From contig CAWHRH010000002.1 of the NCBI GenBank assembly GCA_963831765.1, positions 905,210 through 969,209 of the forward strand: a stretch of 64,000 bases of DNA, written 5' to 3'. Position 1 is the stretch's first letter. Each line of letters opens with the position of its first letter. Below the pieces are notes generated by a model, which was given only the letters and a program-made list of their open reading frames with translations, had not been told where the DNA came from and made no database searches. The position numbers and the translations under genes are program-made. This stretch comes from an uncultured Gammaproteobacteria bacterium (GTDB taxonomy: Bacteria > Pseudomonadota > Gammaproteobacteria > Steroidobacterales > Steroidobacteraceae). Positions 10,229 to 20,451 of this stretch are shown here, piece by piece.

Positions 10229-12055
10229 ATGATGCGGGTAGTCGTGGTATGGTTCGCAATTGTGACGCAGCCCCGCGCCGTCGATTCAAAATTCGCTCGC
10301 GACGCCTGGCTGAGAGCGCTGGGAAAAACGGCAACCATTGGCGATCGTGGAGAGACGTTGCCGGTGCTGATTGATCGTCTGGCCGGCGAATTCGATGCCG
10401 CGCCGGCGTTGCTCTCCGTCGAAACCTCCATGACTTACCGCCAGTTGGCGCATCGCGCCAACCAGTATTCGCGTTGGGGTGCCGCGCACGAACTTGGTCC
10501 AGGCGATGCCGTGGCACTGATGATGTCAAACTGCGCTGAATATGTCGCGCTGTGGCTGGGGCTGACGCGCATCGGCGCGGTGGTTGCGCTGATCAACTCG
10601 CAGCTCGCGGGCGACGTGCTGGCGCATTCAATCAACATCGTGCATCCCAAGGCATTGCTCGTGGGAGCGGATCTCGCGCCGCGGGTCGCCGCAATCCGCG
10701 CGCGGCTGCCGGCCGGCCTGCTGTGCGCGGTCCATGGATCAAGCATCGAGAACTTCGCGCCGCTGGATCCGGAACTTGCCGGGATTTCGGGAACGCGATT
10801 GGATGTATCGGAACACGCAGCGCCGCCGATCGATGCCACCGCTCTTTACATCTACACCTCCGGCACCACCGGATTGCCGAAGGCAGCCAAGGTGAGTCAT
10901 TACCGGCTCATGCAGTGGAGCCATTGGTTTGCCGGCATGATGGATACCAAACCCAGCGATCGGATGTTCAACTGTCTGCCTCTCTATCACAGCGTTGGCG
11001 GCGTGGTGGCGACCTTCGCAACGCTGGTTGGCGGCGGCTCCGTGGTGATCCGGCCCCGGTTCTCCGCTTCCGACTTTTGGCGCGACGTGCGCGATGAACG
11101 CTGCACTCTGTTTCAGTACATCGGCGAGCTTTGCCGCTACCTGGTCAATTCGCCGCCGCAGGCAATCGAGACCGAACACTCGCTGCGGATGGCCTGCGGC
11201 AACGGGTTGCGACCGGAGGTGTGGCTGCCTTTCCAGGAGCGCTTTCGAATTCCTCGAATTCTCGAGTACTACGCCTCCACCGAAGGTAATTTTTCCTTCT
11301 ACAACTGCGAAGGCCAGCCCGGCGCCATCGGCCGCATCCCACCTTTTCTGGGCAATCGACTCCCCGTGGCGCTGCTGCGATTCGATATCGAAAAATCCGA
11401 AGCCTGGCGCAATGCCGACGGGTTCTGCGAACCCTGCGCAACAAACGAGATTGGTGAAGCTGTCGGCCTCATGCCGGCAGAGGGGGGCCAGCGGGCGGGA
11501 CGATTCGAGGGCTACGCTGATCCCGAGGCGTCGGCTCGCAAGGTACTGCGCAACGTCTTCAAGGAAGGAGACATGTGGTATCGCACGGGCGACTTGATGC
11601 GGCGGGATGAACGGGGCTTCTATTATTTCGTCGATCGTGTCGGAGACACCTACCGTTGGAAAGGCGAGAATGTGTCGACTGCGGAGGTACTCACCGCGCT
11701 CACCGCCAGCCGCGGCGTGCTCGACGGGGTGGTGTACGGCGTCGAGGTTCCAGGCGCCGATGGACGTGCCGGCACCGCGGCGCTCCTGGTCAATGATGGG
11801 TTTGATCTGGCAGCGTTTCGAGCCGAGGTCAGCGCGCGTCTGCCGCCTTATGCGCGCCCGGTATTCTTGCGCATTCTGACCACGCTCGAGGCGACGGGGA
11901 CTTTCAAGCCGCGCAAGCAAGATCTCGTGCAGGCGGGGTTTGACCCCGGCCGCATGACCGATCCTCTCTATTTTGACGATCCGCGATCGCAGCGTTACGT
12001 GCCTCTGGATGCGGCGCTGTTCGCCGCGATCTTGAGCGGACGCGTGCGGATCTGA
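10229..12055 (+). CDS. FATP / very-long-chain-type acyl-CoA synthetase (acyl-adenylate-forming ligase)
   Basis: Single 608-aa ORF. AMP-binding motifs YIYTSGTTGLPKAAKVSH and YRTGDLMRRDERGFYYFVDRVGDTYRWKGENVS. The true start may be the in-frame GTG at 10262. Confidence 0.8.
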   Translation: MMRVVVVWFAIVTQPRAVDSKFARDAWLRALGKTATIGDRGETLPVLIDRLAGEFDAAPALLSVETSMTYRQLAHRANQYSRWGAAHELGPGDAVALMMSNCAEYVALWLGLTRIGAVVALINSQLAGDVLAHSINIVHPKALLVGADLAPRVAAIRARLPAGLLCAVHGSSIENFAPLDPELAGISGTRLDVSEHAAPPIDATALYIYTSGTTGLPKAAKVSHYRLMQWSHWFAGMMDTKPSDRMFNCLPLYHSVGGVVATFATLVGGGSVVIRPRFSASDFWRDVRDERCTLFQYIGELCRYLVNSPPQAIETEHSLRMACGNGLRPEVWLPFQERFRIPRILEYYASTEGNFSFYNCEGQPGAIGRIPPFLGNRLPVALLRFDIEKSEAWRNADGFCEPCATNEIGEAVGLMPAEGGQRAGRFEGYADPEASARKVLRNVFKEGDMWYRTGDLMRRDERGFYYFVDRVGDTYRWKGENVSTAEVLTALTASRGVLDGVVYGVEVPGADGRAGTAALLVNDGFDLAAFRAEVSARLPPYARPVFLRILTTLEATGTFKPRKQDLVQAGFDPGRMTDPLYFDDPRSQRYVPLDAALFAAILSGRVRI

Positions 12056-12056
12056 T

Positions 12057-12075
12057 GGTAACCCGTTCGGTTACC
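12057..12075. terminator. short hairpin GGTAACC-cgttc-GGTTACC between convergent genes
   Basis: 7-bp perfect stem directly after the ligase stop (12055) and before the minus-strand stop (12090). No clear U-tract. Confidence 0.25.
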
Positions 12076-12089
12076 CCGAGGCCTTAGGA

Positions 12090-14420
12090 TCAGTACGTGG
12101 CCAAGTTCACCGTGTCGGCAACATCGTCGATTTCGAAGGCAACCGGTACGGCGACCACCGGCACGCGATCCTTGCCCTCGAGCCACTTCTCGAGCGCTTC
12201 GCGGGTCATGGGCTTCGCGTAGAGGTAGCCTTGCGCATTGTCGCAACGGAACTCGCGCAGCAGATTCGCCGACGCCTCGGTCTCGATGCCCTCGGCCACC
12301 ACCTTCAGCCCCAAACCATGTCCCATATCGATGGCCGAGCGGACCACCGTCGCGAACTCGGGGTCGGACTCCAGGCCCTGTATGAAGCTGCGGTCGATTT
12401 TCACCTCGTGGACCGGCATGCGGGCGAGATGGCTCAGCGAGGAATAACCGGTGCCGAAGTCATCGATCGACAAACACACGCCCAACGCTGCCAAGGCGTC
12501 CAGCACCCGCAGCGCGCGGGTCGGATCCTCGATGAAGCCGCTTTCCGTAACCTCCAGGGTGAGGAGCGCCGGCGGGAATTGATGACGGCTCAACAGCGAC
12601 GCCACGCGTGAATCCAAGCGCACATCGGCAATATCCTCGGCGCTGATATTGACAGCCAGACTCAGCGGCCTGCCGGCGCGTTGCCATTCCGCGCCTTGGG
12701 CGATCGCATGATCCAGGGTCCAGCGCGTCAAACGTCGAATGAATCCGGTTTGTTCGGCGAACGGGATGAAGTCCGCGGGAGACAGCAGACCTCGTTTGGG
12801 GTGCTGCCAGCGTAACAGCACCTCGGCACCGGCGATGCGATTTGTGGCCAGTTCGATCTTCGGCTGAAAGTACAAGCGCATCTCGTCGTGCTCGACCGCA
12901 TGTCCCAGCTCACCCAACAATGAGAGCTGATCGCGGGCGGCCGGCTTGAGAGCTTCTTCGTAGATCGCGAGCGCGCGCTTTTCGCGGCGCGCACTCTCCA
13001 GGGCGAGGTCCGCACAGCGCATCAGTTCATCTGCGAACACGTTGTTGCCGGTCGCCATCGCCAAACCCAGTGTCGGGCTGATGTCGATGGGCTGGGCTTC
13101 CACATAAATGGGATCGGCCAGCGCCACCAACAGCGACGTACCCCATGCGTGAAGTCCGCCGCGATCGCCGACACGAGTGAACGCCGCAAACTGATCAGCC
13201 GCCAGCCGTGCCACCGAAGAGTTGACGGACGGCACGGCCGCAATGCGGGCGGCAATTTTGGTGAGCACCGCGTCGCCGACCGAATACCCCAGATGTTCAT
13301 TGATGCGGCGAAAGCGATGCAAATTGATGACCACGACGCCGACACCCGAGTCTTCGGTATCCTTCAAGGCAACACTCAGCGCAGCACCGAATGCCGTGCG
13401 ATTCATGACCCCGGTCAGGGCGTCTTCATATGCCAGGCGCCGGATGGATTGATCCCGGGATTGGACCGCCGTCTGCATCAGGTGCAGTCCTTCGGCCAGC
13501 ACGCCCAGTTCGTCGCGCCGCTGGACGATTTGCGCTGCGTCGTAACTGCCGGCGCGCATCTTGTCGACCACCCGGGTCAAATCCCGCAAGGGCCGCGTAA
13601 TGTTGCGCGCCAGCCAGAAAGCAGCCAGGGCAAAGGCGACCAAGCTCACGGCCGCGATCACGAACAAGGCCTTCGTCAAGCGCTCGAACGGAGCGCGCGC
13701 TTCCGCCAGCGAGCGCGATAGAACCGCGACGACCTCGGTGTCGCCTACCTTGGACAGCTCCATTCGTCGCGTGACCGTGTCCGCGGCGGGAAGGCCGCCT
13801 TCCGGCAGCGTGCTGACGACATTCGTCCAATGTCCCGCGGAGTTCAGCGAGAGGGTTACATACAGGCCGGTGATATCTGCCAGCTCACGGGCGGCTTTGC
13901 TGTCAAGCTCGAAACCCATGGCAATCCACGCCACGGGCAGCGGACTGCGCACCGGCACCGTCACGAACTGATAGAGACGTCCGCCATCCATCATCATGGT
14001 GGTGGCGCTGTCCTTGGCGCCGGCGGTATCCTCAAAACTTGCGATGGGAAAGGGCGCGCCTGCCGCGAGATGTGTGCCGGAGGCGGCAATCACCTCACCG
14101 TCGAGCGAGATGAGCACCACCATCGCGGCCCCAATGCGTTCACCGCTGTTTTCCAGCGCGGAAGCCAGAGTGCCGGTATCGTGCGCCGCAACCGCCTCAC
14201 GAAACCCGTAGTCTGCGGCAACTGCTTGCGCTGCCTGGGTCAGCTGCTTGCGATTGCTTTCCAGCAAGCGCGAGAATACCAGCGCGCCGACATCGAGCTG
14301 CCGTTTGACTTCCCGCCCCGCACTGTCGCGGTTCGTCGCCAGCACGGCACCGAGCGCCGCGGCCAGCACGGCAGCAAGCAACAGCAAAAAAGTAACCGCA
14401 ATTCGGGTTCGCAGCGCCAA
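12090..14420 (-). CDS. membrane sensor protein with HAMP, degenerate GGDEF and EAL domains (probable c-di-GMP phosphodiesterase)
   Basis: Single 776-aa ORF. N-terminal TM plus periplasmic region and a second TM. HAMP (RNITRPLRDLTRVVDKM). GGDEF signature replaced by LAADQF. EAL domain with EVLLRW and DDFGTGYSS. Confidence 0.85.
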   Translation of the reverse strand: MALRTRIAVTFLLLLAAVLAAALGAVLATNRDSAGREVKRQLDVGALVFSRLLESNRKQLTQAAQAVAADYGFREAVAAHDTGTLASALENSGERIGAAMVVLISLDGEVIAASGTHLAAGAPFPIASFEDTAGAKDSATTMMMDGGRLYQFVTVPVRSPLPVAWIAMGFELDSKAARELADITGLYVTLSLNSAGHWTNVVSTLPEGGLPAADTVTRRMELSKVGDTEVVAVLSRSLAEARAPFERLTKALFVIAAVSLVAFALAAFWLARNITRPLRDLTRVVDKMRAGSYDAAQIVQRRDELGVLAEGLHLMQTAVQSRDQSIRRLAYEDALTGVMNRTAFGAALSVALKDTEDSGVGVVVINLHRFRRINEHLGYSVGDAVLTKIAARIAAVPSVNSSVARLAADQFAAFTRVGDRGGLHAWGTSLLVALADPIYVEAQPIDISPTLGLAMATGNNVFADELMRCADLALESARREKRALAIYEEALKPAARDQLSLLGELGHAVEHDEMRLYFQPKIELATNRIAGAEVLLRWQHPKRGLLSPADFIPFAEQTGFIRRLTRWTLDHAIAQGAEWQRAGRPLSLAVNISAEDIADVRLDSRVASLLSRHQFPPALLTLEVTESGFIEDPTRALRVLDALAALGVCLSIDDFGTGYSSLSHLARMPVHEVKIDRSFIQGLESDPEFATVVRSAIDMGHGLGLKVVAEGIETEASANLLREFRCDNAQGYLYAKPMTREALEKWLEGKDRVPVVAVPVAFEIDDVADTVNLATY

Positions 14421-14568
14421 CGCCTTTGCTCCCAGTGTTGGCTAGGTAGGCTTCCAGCGATTAGGTTAAGCGGCCTAAGGTCTTCAGGCTGTGCGCTCGA
14501 ACACGTATTCCACCCGGCCGGGACCGGCCTTCGTGACCCAAGTCTCACATCGCTTACACTACCTGTTC

Positions 14569-16374
14569 ATGCCCATCGTTCGCCTCGAAAAAGTCAGCTT
14601 GAGCTTCGGTCTGAAACCCCTGTTGGACGACGTCGGTCTGCAGCTGCGCAAGACTGAGCGCGTATGTCTTCTGGGCCGCAACGGCGAAGGAAAATCTTCC
14701 CTGTTGCGCATCATTTCGCGCGAGCTTCCACCCGACAGCGGCGAGGTATGGGTTCGGCCGGGGGCGCGCATCGCAAGCCTCGCGCAGGAGGTTTCGCCCA
14801 CCAGCGATACGCGGGTGCGCGATGTGGTGCGTGACGGGGTGCTTGCCAGGACGCCGGAAGAGGACTGGCAGGCGCAACTGCAGGTCGATCAGGTCATGTC
14901 GCGTCTGGGGCTCGATGGCGATGCGCTGATGAGCACCTTGTCCGGCGGTTGGCGCAGGCGCGTCATGCTGGGCCGCGCGCTGGCCGGCGCTCCCGACATA
15001 TTGCTCTTGGATGAACCGACCAATCATCTCGATATCGACGCCATCAGCTGGCTCGAGAATATGATGCTCGATTTCGCCGGGGCCCTGTTTTTCGTCAGCC
15101 ATGACCGCGCCTTTGTCCGCCGTCTGGCGACGCGGATCGTCGAACTCGATCGCGGCCAGCTACGCGTTTGGCCCGGCAGTTACGACGAATATGTTTTGCA
15201 GAAGCGAGCCGCGCTCGAGGTCGAGGCAAAACATGCGGCTTTGTTCGACAAGAAGCTGGCTCAGGAAGAGGCGTGGATTCGTCAGGGCGTGGAGGCGCGG
15301 CGCACGCGCAACGAGGGCAGGGTGCGGGCGCTCGAACAATTGCGATTGGAGCGCCGCGAGCGGCGCGAGCGGGCCGGAAATGTGTCGCTGCGGGCACAGG
15401 ATGCGGCGCCCTCAGGCAAATTGGTTTTCGAAGCGCAGCATGTAACCCATCGCTTCGATGGCGCTCCGATCATTGCGGACTTCTCCACTCGAATCATGCG
15501 CAAGGATCGCATCGGCATCATCGGACCCAATGGCTGCGGCAAGAGCACGCTGATCAAACTGCTGGTGGGCGAACTTGACGCCCACTGACGGGCTGATCAA
15601 GCGCGGCACCAACCTGGTGCCGGCGTATTTCGATCAGCAACGCGAACAACTCGATCCGACAGCATCCATCATGGACAACGTCACCGGCGGCAGCGGCGAC
15701 ACCGTGACCATCGATGGTCAAACACGCCATGTCTCCGGCTATCTGCGCGATTTCCTGTTTCCGCCGGAGCGGCTGAATGCACCGGTGAGCATGCTCTCGG
15801 GCGGGGAACGCAATCGGCTTCTGCTGGCGCGCCTGTTCGCACGACCCAGCAATCTATTGGTCATGGACGAGCCGACCAACGATCTTGACGCGGAAACCCT
15901 GGAACTTCTGGAGGAGCTGGTCGCGCAACTATGCGGGAACCTTGCTGCTGGTCAGTCACGATCGAGCACTTTCTCGACAATGTGGTCACCAGCACGCTGG
16001 TGTTCGAAGGCGCCGGCCGCGTTAACGGAGTACGTTGGCGGCTACAGCGATTGGCTGCGGCAGCGCAGAAGTATGCCCGCACCGATCGCCGCCGCTTCCC
16101 CGGCGCCGGCGAAAGCCGCCGCGCCCACGGCTGCGCGCGCCTGTCGTACAACGAACAGCGCGAGCTGGCGCAGCTGCCCGAGAGGATCCAGCACCTTGAG
16201 GCCGAGCAGGCACAGCTGCACTCACTGATCAGCGATCCGTCGATCTTCCAGCGGAACAAGGATCAGTCCACGGCTGCGCTGCAGCGCCTCCAGGTATTGA
16301 CGACGGAACTGGAGGCGGCCTATTCGCGGTGGGACGCGCTGGAATCATCCGCGAATTCGACGCCGCGCATCTAA
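14569..16374 (+). pseudogene. uup: ABC-F family ATPase (Uup-like), at least four frame changes
   Basis: ATG 14569 (MPIVRLEKVSLSFG) inside track ORF 14491..15588, then 15575..16228 and 15931..16374, with reading alternating between the last two. Walker A GRNGEGKSS and GPNGCGKST. Signatures LSGGWRRR and LSGGERNR. C-terminal coiled coil. Confidence 0.8.
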
Positions 16375-16770
16375 CGGCGCGGCCGCCCGCGGCCGAGCAG
16401 ATCGCTCGGATTGGGCAGACTCGCGCCCGCCGCATCGGGGATCACCAGCGAGGAGGCTTGCTCGCGGCGCATTTCCTGCAGCTCCCGCATGGTTTGCTGC
16501 ACCGCCTGTTCCGCCGCCGCGCCGAATTTCTCGATCGCCGCGCTCAATGTGGCGGCTTCCAGCTCGAAACTGATCGGCACCGCCCCCATCGGGGTCATCA
16601 CCTGCGCCTGTCCCACGAATATGACCGGCCGCGCGCCATCCACGCGCGCCGTCCGCGGTGACCGGCGTCATTCTGCGAATCGTGCCGACCTTGCGATCGG
16701 TAAATGTCTCCTCGCGATATACCTGCGCCGAGTCCATGGTTGCCTGGCGGCCGTCGTTGGCGGAACTCAT
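16371..16770 (-). pseudogene. conserved hypothetical protein, one frame break
   Basis: N-terminus from track ORF 16345..16770 (MSSANDGRQ...YREETFTDRKVGTIRRMTPV), C-terminus from 16371..16643 (DGARPVIFVGQAQVMTPMGAVPISFELEA...). No family assigned. Confidence 0.4.
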
Positions 16771-16888
16771 GAGAACCTCACCCCTTGTGATCCATTCGAA
16801 AGCTCAACCCTAGCAGTTTTCGGCCTTGTCATGGAGGCCTGATACGATAGCCAGCTTGGCACACTCGACGACAGCACACAGAGTTCCC

Positions 16889-19423
16889 ATGGACGACCCT
16901 ACTGGGAATCGTTCTATTTGGGGCAGCCCTGTTCTTGCTCCACCATCTGCTCGGTCAATATCGATGGAGCGACATTCTGGCCCGCATGCGGGCGATTCCG
17001 AACGTGAAGCTGCTGCGCGCCGCTTTCTTCACCTGCGCCGGATACGGTTGCCTGACCCTGTATGACGCGCTTGCGGTGCGATTCGCCGGCGCGCGAGTGC
17101 CCTATCCGCGCATCGCCCTGATCTCGTTCATGGGCTATGCCGTCGGCCACAACGTCGGACTGAACTCCTTGAGCGGCGGCGCCGTTCGCTATCGCGCTTA
17201 CTCCGCCCTGGGCCTGAGCGCGAAACAGATCGCGACCATCATCGCGTTCGGCACGTTGACCTTTTTTCTCGGCGCGGGGGTGCTGCTCGGGCTGTCGTTG
17301 TTGTCGAACGCCGGATTGTCCGGCTCGGTGCTGCATGTTCACGCCTGGCTGGCCCTGGTTGCCGGCGCATTGCTGCTGGCGGGCGTTGCATCATACTTAT
17401 GGCTGGTGTGTACGCGCCATGCGCCTTTGCGGTTCCGGCACTTTCAAGTTCCGGTGCCGAAGCCGCGGGTCGCATTCGCGCAGATCGGCATCAGCTGCCT
17501 TGACATGCTGTGCGCTGCCGCGGTCTTGTATGTGCTTGCTCCCGCCGCAGGCGGCGCTCAGCTTCGCGGCCTTCGCCGGTGTGTACCTGCTCGCCCTGGC
17601 GGCGGGCGTGATCAGCAATGTTCCCGGCGGCATCGGCGTGTTCGAGTTCGTCCTGCTGCTGTTGTTGCCGAACGTGCCCCAGGATCGGTTGCTGGGCGCG
17701 CTGCTGGCTTACCGGGCCATCTACTACTTCGCGCCCTTCGCCGTGGCTCTCGTGCTTTTGGGGGTGCACGAACTCTGGGTGCATCGCGCGCCCGTGGTGC
17801 GCATGGCAACGCTGCTGCGGGCTTTTCTCACCGCAGTCACCCCGCAGGCCATCGCGATCGCGGTGTTTCTCGCCGGCGCGGTGCTGCTGTTCTCGGGCGC
17901 CACGCCGGCGCTCGGCAATCGCCTCGCGCTGCTGCGGGATTTCGTGCCGCTGCCGGTGCTGGAGTTGTCGCATTTGCTCGGCAGTGCGGTCGGGGTGGGC
18001 CTGCTGATCATCGCGCATGGATTGTATCGGCGACTGCACACCGCGTGGTGGCTGACGATCTGGCTGCTGTGCGCCGGCATCCTGTTGTCGCTGCTCAAGG
18101 GCTTCGACTACGAGGAGGCCTGCGTGCTCGCCGTCGTGGTTGTCATGCTGCTGTCGGCGCGCGCGCGTTTTCGGCGGCGCGCTTCGTCTGCTTGAGCAGC
18201 ATTTTTCCGCCGCGTGGATCGTGGCTTTTTTCGTGGTGCTGCTGACGGCGGGCTGGCTGGTGCTGTTCGCCTATCGGCACCTGCCCTACGACAACGAATT
18301 GTGGTGGCAATTCGCCTTTCAGGCCACGGCGCCGCGCAGCCTGCGCGCTTCGCTGCTGGCGGTCATGATTGCCGCAGCCTACGGCTTGTGGCGCGTGCTG
18401 CGGCCGGCGCCTCCGCGTTTCTCCGCGCCGCGCGCAGCGGATCTTGAGTGCGTCGCAGAATTGATAGAAAAAGGCGAGGACACCACGGCGAATCTGGCGC
18501 TGCTCGGCGACAAGAACCTGCTGTTCAACCACGAGCACAGCGCCTGCATCATGTTCCAAGCCTCGGGCAGCAGCTGGGTGGCGATGGGCGACCCCATCGG
18601 TCCGCCGGAACTCGGCGAGTCATTGGCCTGGAAATTCCTGGAGGATTGCGATTCGATGGCGGTTTCGCCGGTGTTCTACCAGGTCACGCCGGACCGCTTG
18701 CCGCTGTACGTCGACCTGGGTCTGAATTTGAGCAAGCTCGGCGAAGAGGCGCGGGTGCCGCTCGACAGTTTTTCCCTGGACGGGGCGGCACGCGCGGACC
18801 TGCGCCAGGCGCATCGGCGCGCAGGCCGCGACGGCGCTTCATTCGAGCTGATCGCCGCGTGGTGATGTGGCCCGACTGTTGCCGGAACTGCGCGCGGTCT
18901 CGGACGCCTGGCTCGCGGAGAAAAAGACCGCGGAGAAGCGGTTTTCCCTGGGTTTTTTCGACGAGCGCTATCTCGAGAACTTCGACGTGCGGCGTGGTCC
19001 GATGCAACGGGGCGGTGGTCGCCTTCGCCAACCTATGGCGCGGAGGCTCGTACCGAATTGTCGGTGGATCTCATGCGCTACAACCGCGCGGCACCGAAGG
19101 GCGTCGTCGATTTCATGCTGGTCGAGTGCATGCTGTGGGGCCAGAGCGCAGGGCTTCAAGTGGTTCAATTTGGGGATGGCGCCGCTCGTCCGGCCTGGAA
19201 GAACACGCTCTGGCTCCGGCCTGGCACAAGCTCGGGCGCATGGTGCAGCGCTACGGCGAAATGTTCTACAACTTCGAGGGTCTGCGCAAGTACAAGGAAA
19301 AATATCAGTCCGGTGTGGCGTCCGCGATATCTGGCCGCGCCGGATGGCCTGGCCATGGCCGGCGCTCTGCTCGATGTCACCGCGCTGATTTCCGGCGGCG
19401 TGCGCAAGGTGCTGCGAAAGTAA
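16889..19423 (+). pseudogene. mprF: MprF-like aminoacyl-phosphatidylglycerol synthase/flippase, at least eight frame changes
   Basis: Joined from track ORFs 16935..18245, 17335..18195, 18140..18865, 18867..19388, 18448..19434 and 19058..19423. Long polytopic N-terminal half. C-terminal synthase-type segments (SLGFFDERYL, FKWFNLGMAPL, FYNFEGLRKYKEKYQPVW). ATG 16889 is out of frame by one base with the downstream TM segment. Confidence 0.7.
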
Positions 19424-19430
19424 TCCGCCT

Positions 19431-20255
19431 CTAGCGAATTCGCTCTCGATCTTGTGTGCGAACTCGCGCATCTTGGGCAGGAATTGCTCCACGGCGGTAC
19501 GCAGCGGCACCGCAGTGGCGGCGTAGCGTACCGTGACCGTGGCGAGGATTCGGTCCTTGGCGCGCACCGGAATGGCCAGGCTGGTTTCCTCCGACACGCG
19601 CCGCGCGCGATGCGCCATGCCGTAGCCTTGCGTGCGCGTTTCGCTGAGCAGACGCTCGACTTCGGTTCGATTGCGCGCCAGGCGATCCTCGGGCAGCGAC
19701 GAGCGCGCCAATACGCTCCAATAGCGCATCGCGTTGCGCCGCCGGGCAGAAGGCCAGGTAGGCGCGTCCTGCGGCCGAAGCCAGCATGGGCACGCGCACA
19801 CCTGCGCTGTACTGCTCCAGAGCGAGGGGACTCGAGGCGTCGGTGGTTTCTCGAATCATCATGGTCGAGCCGGACGGCGTTGCGACCGCCACCGGCCAAA
19901 CGATTTGCTCGCCCAGTGCGGCGAGCAGCGGTTTCGCGATATGCGCCACCAGGGCTTCATCGTCGAACCCGTCCGACAGCGCGCGCACCATGATGGTCGG
20001 TCGATAGCAATCATCATGCGCATCGCGATCGACATAGCCGGCCAGGCGCAGAGTTTCCAAAATGCGATATGTCGTGGTACGCGGCAGGCCCGCCGCCGCG
20101 GCGAGCGTGTTGATGGCCGCCCGCTCCAGGCGATTGAGTTCGGTGAGGACCTCGAGTCCGCGATTCAAGGCTCGGATCGGCCGGGTCGACTCGCGTGTGC
20201 CGTCATTCCCCGAGTTCAACGGTCGCGCGGAACGCGGCATAACTTGTGCGTGCAT
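19431..20255 (-). pseudogene. IclR-family transcriptional regulator, C-terminal frame break
   Basis: Track ORF 19431..20255 gives the HTH (LAAAAGLPRTTTYRILETLRLAGYV). The effector-domain end is in the frame of 18968..19801 (LPEDRLARNRTEVERLLSETRTQGYGMA...TVTVRYAATAV). The exact stop is uncertain. Confidence 0.7.
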
Positions 20256-20346
20256 AGTTTTCCCTTACTAAACATAGGTTTATGCTCGATGAGAACATCG
20301 GCTTCCATTGCGCGCTAAACGCACCGGTACTCAAGGGACCGGTCTC

Positions 20347-20358
20347 GTACATATGTAC
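20347..20358. promoter_or_regulatory. perfect 12-bp palindrome GTACATATGTAC in the iclR / fnr divergent intergenic region
   Basis: Read directly from the sequence. Preceded by two ACCGGT hexamers. Possible regulator site, with no experimental analogue known to me. Confidence 0.2.
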
Positions 20359-20451
20359 CATTAGGATCGAATCTGGTTGCCTGCGTAACCGGTTGGCGCT
20401 CAGCTACAATTCGCGACCGATTTACGCTGTCATTTAAGGAATCAGGCAATC

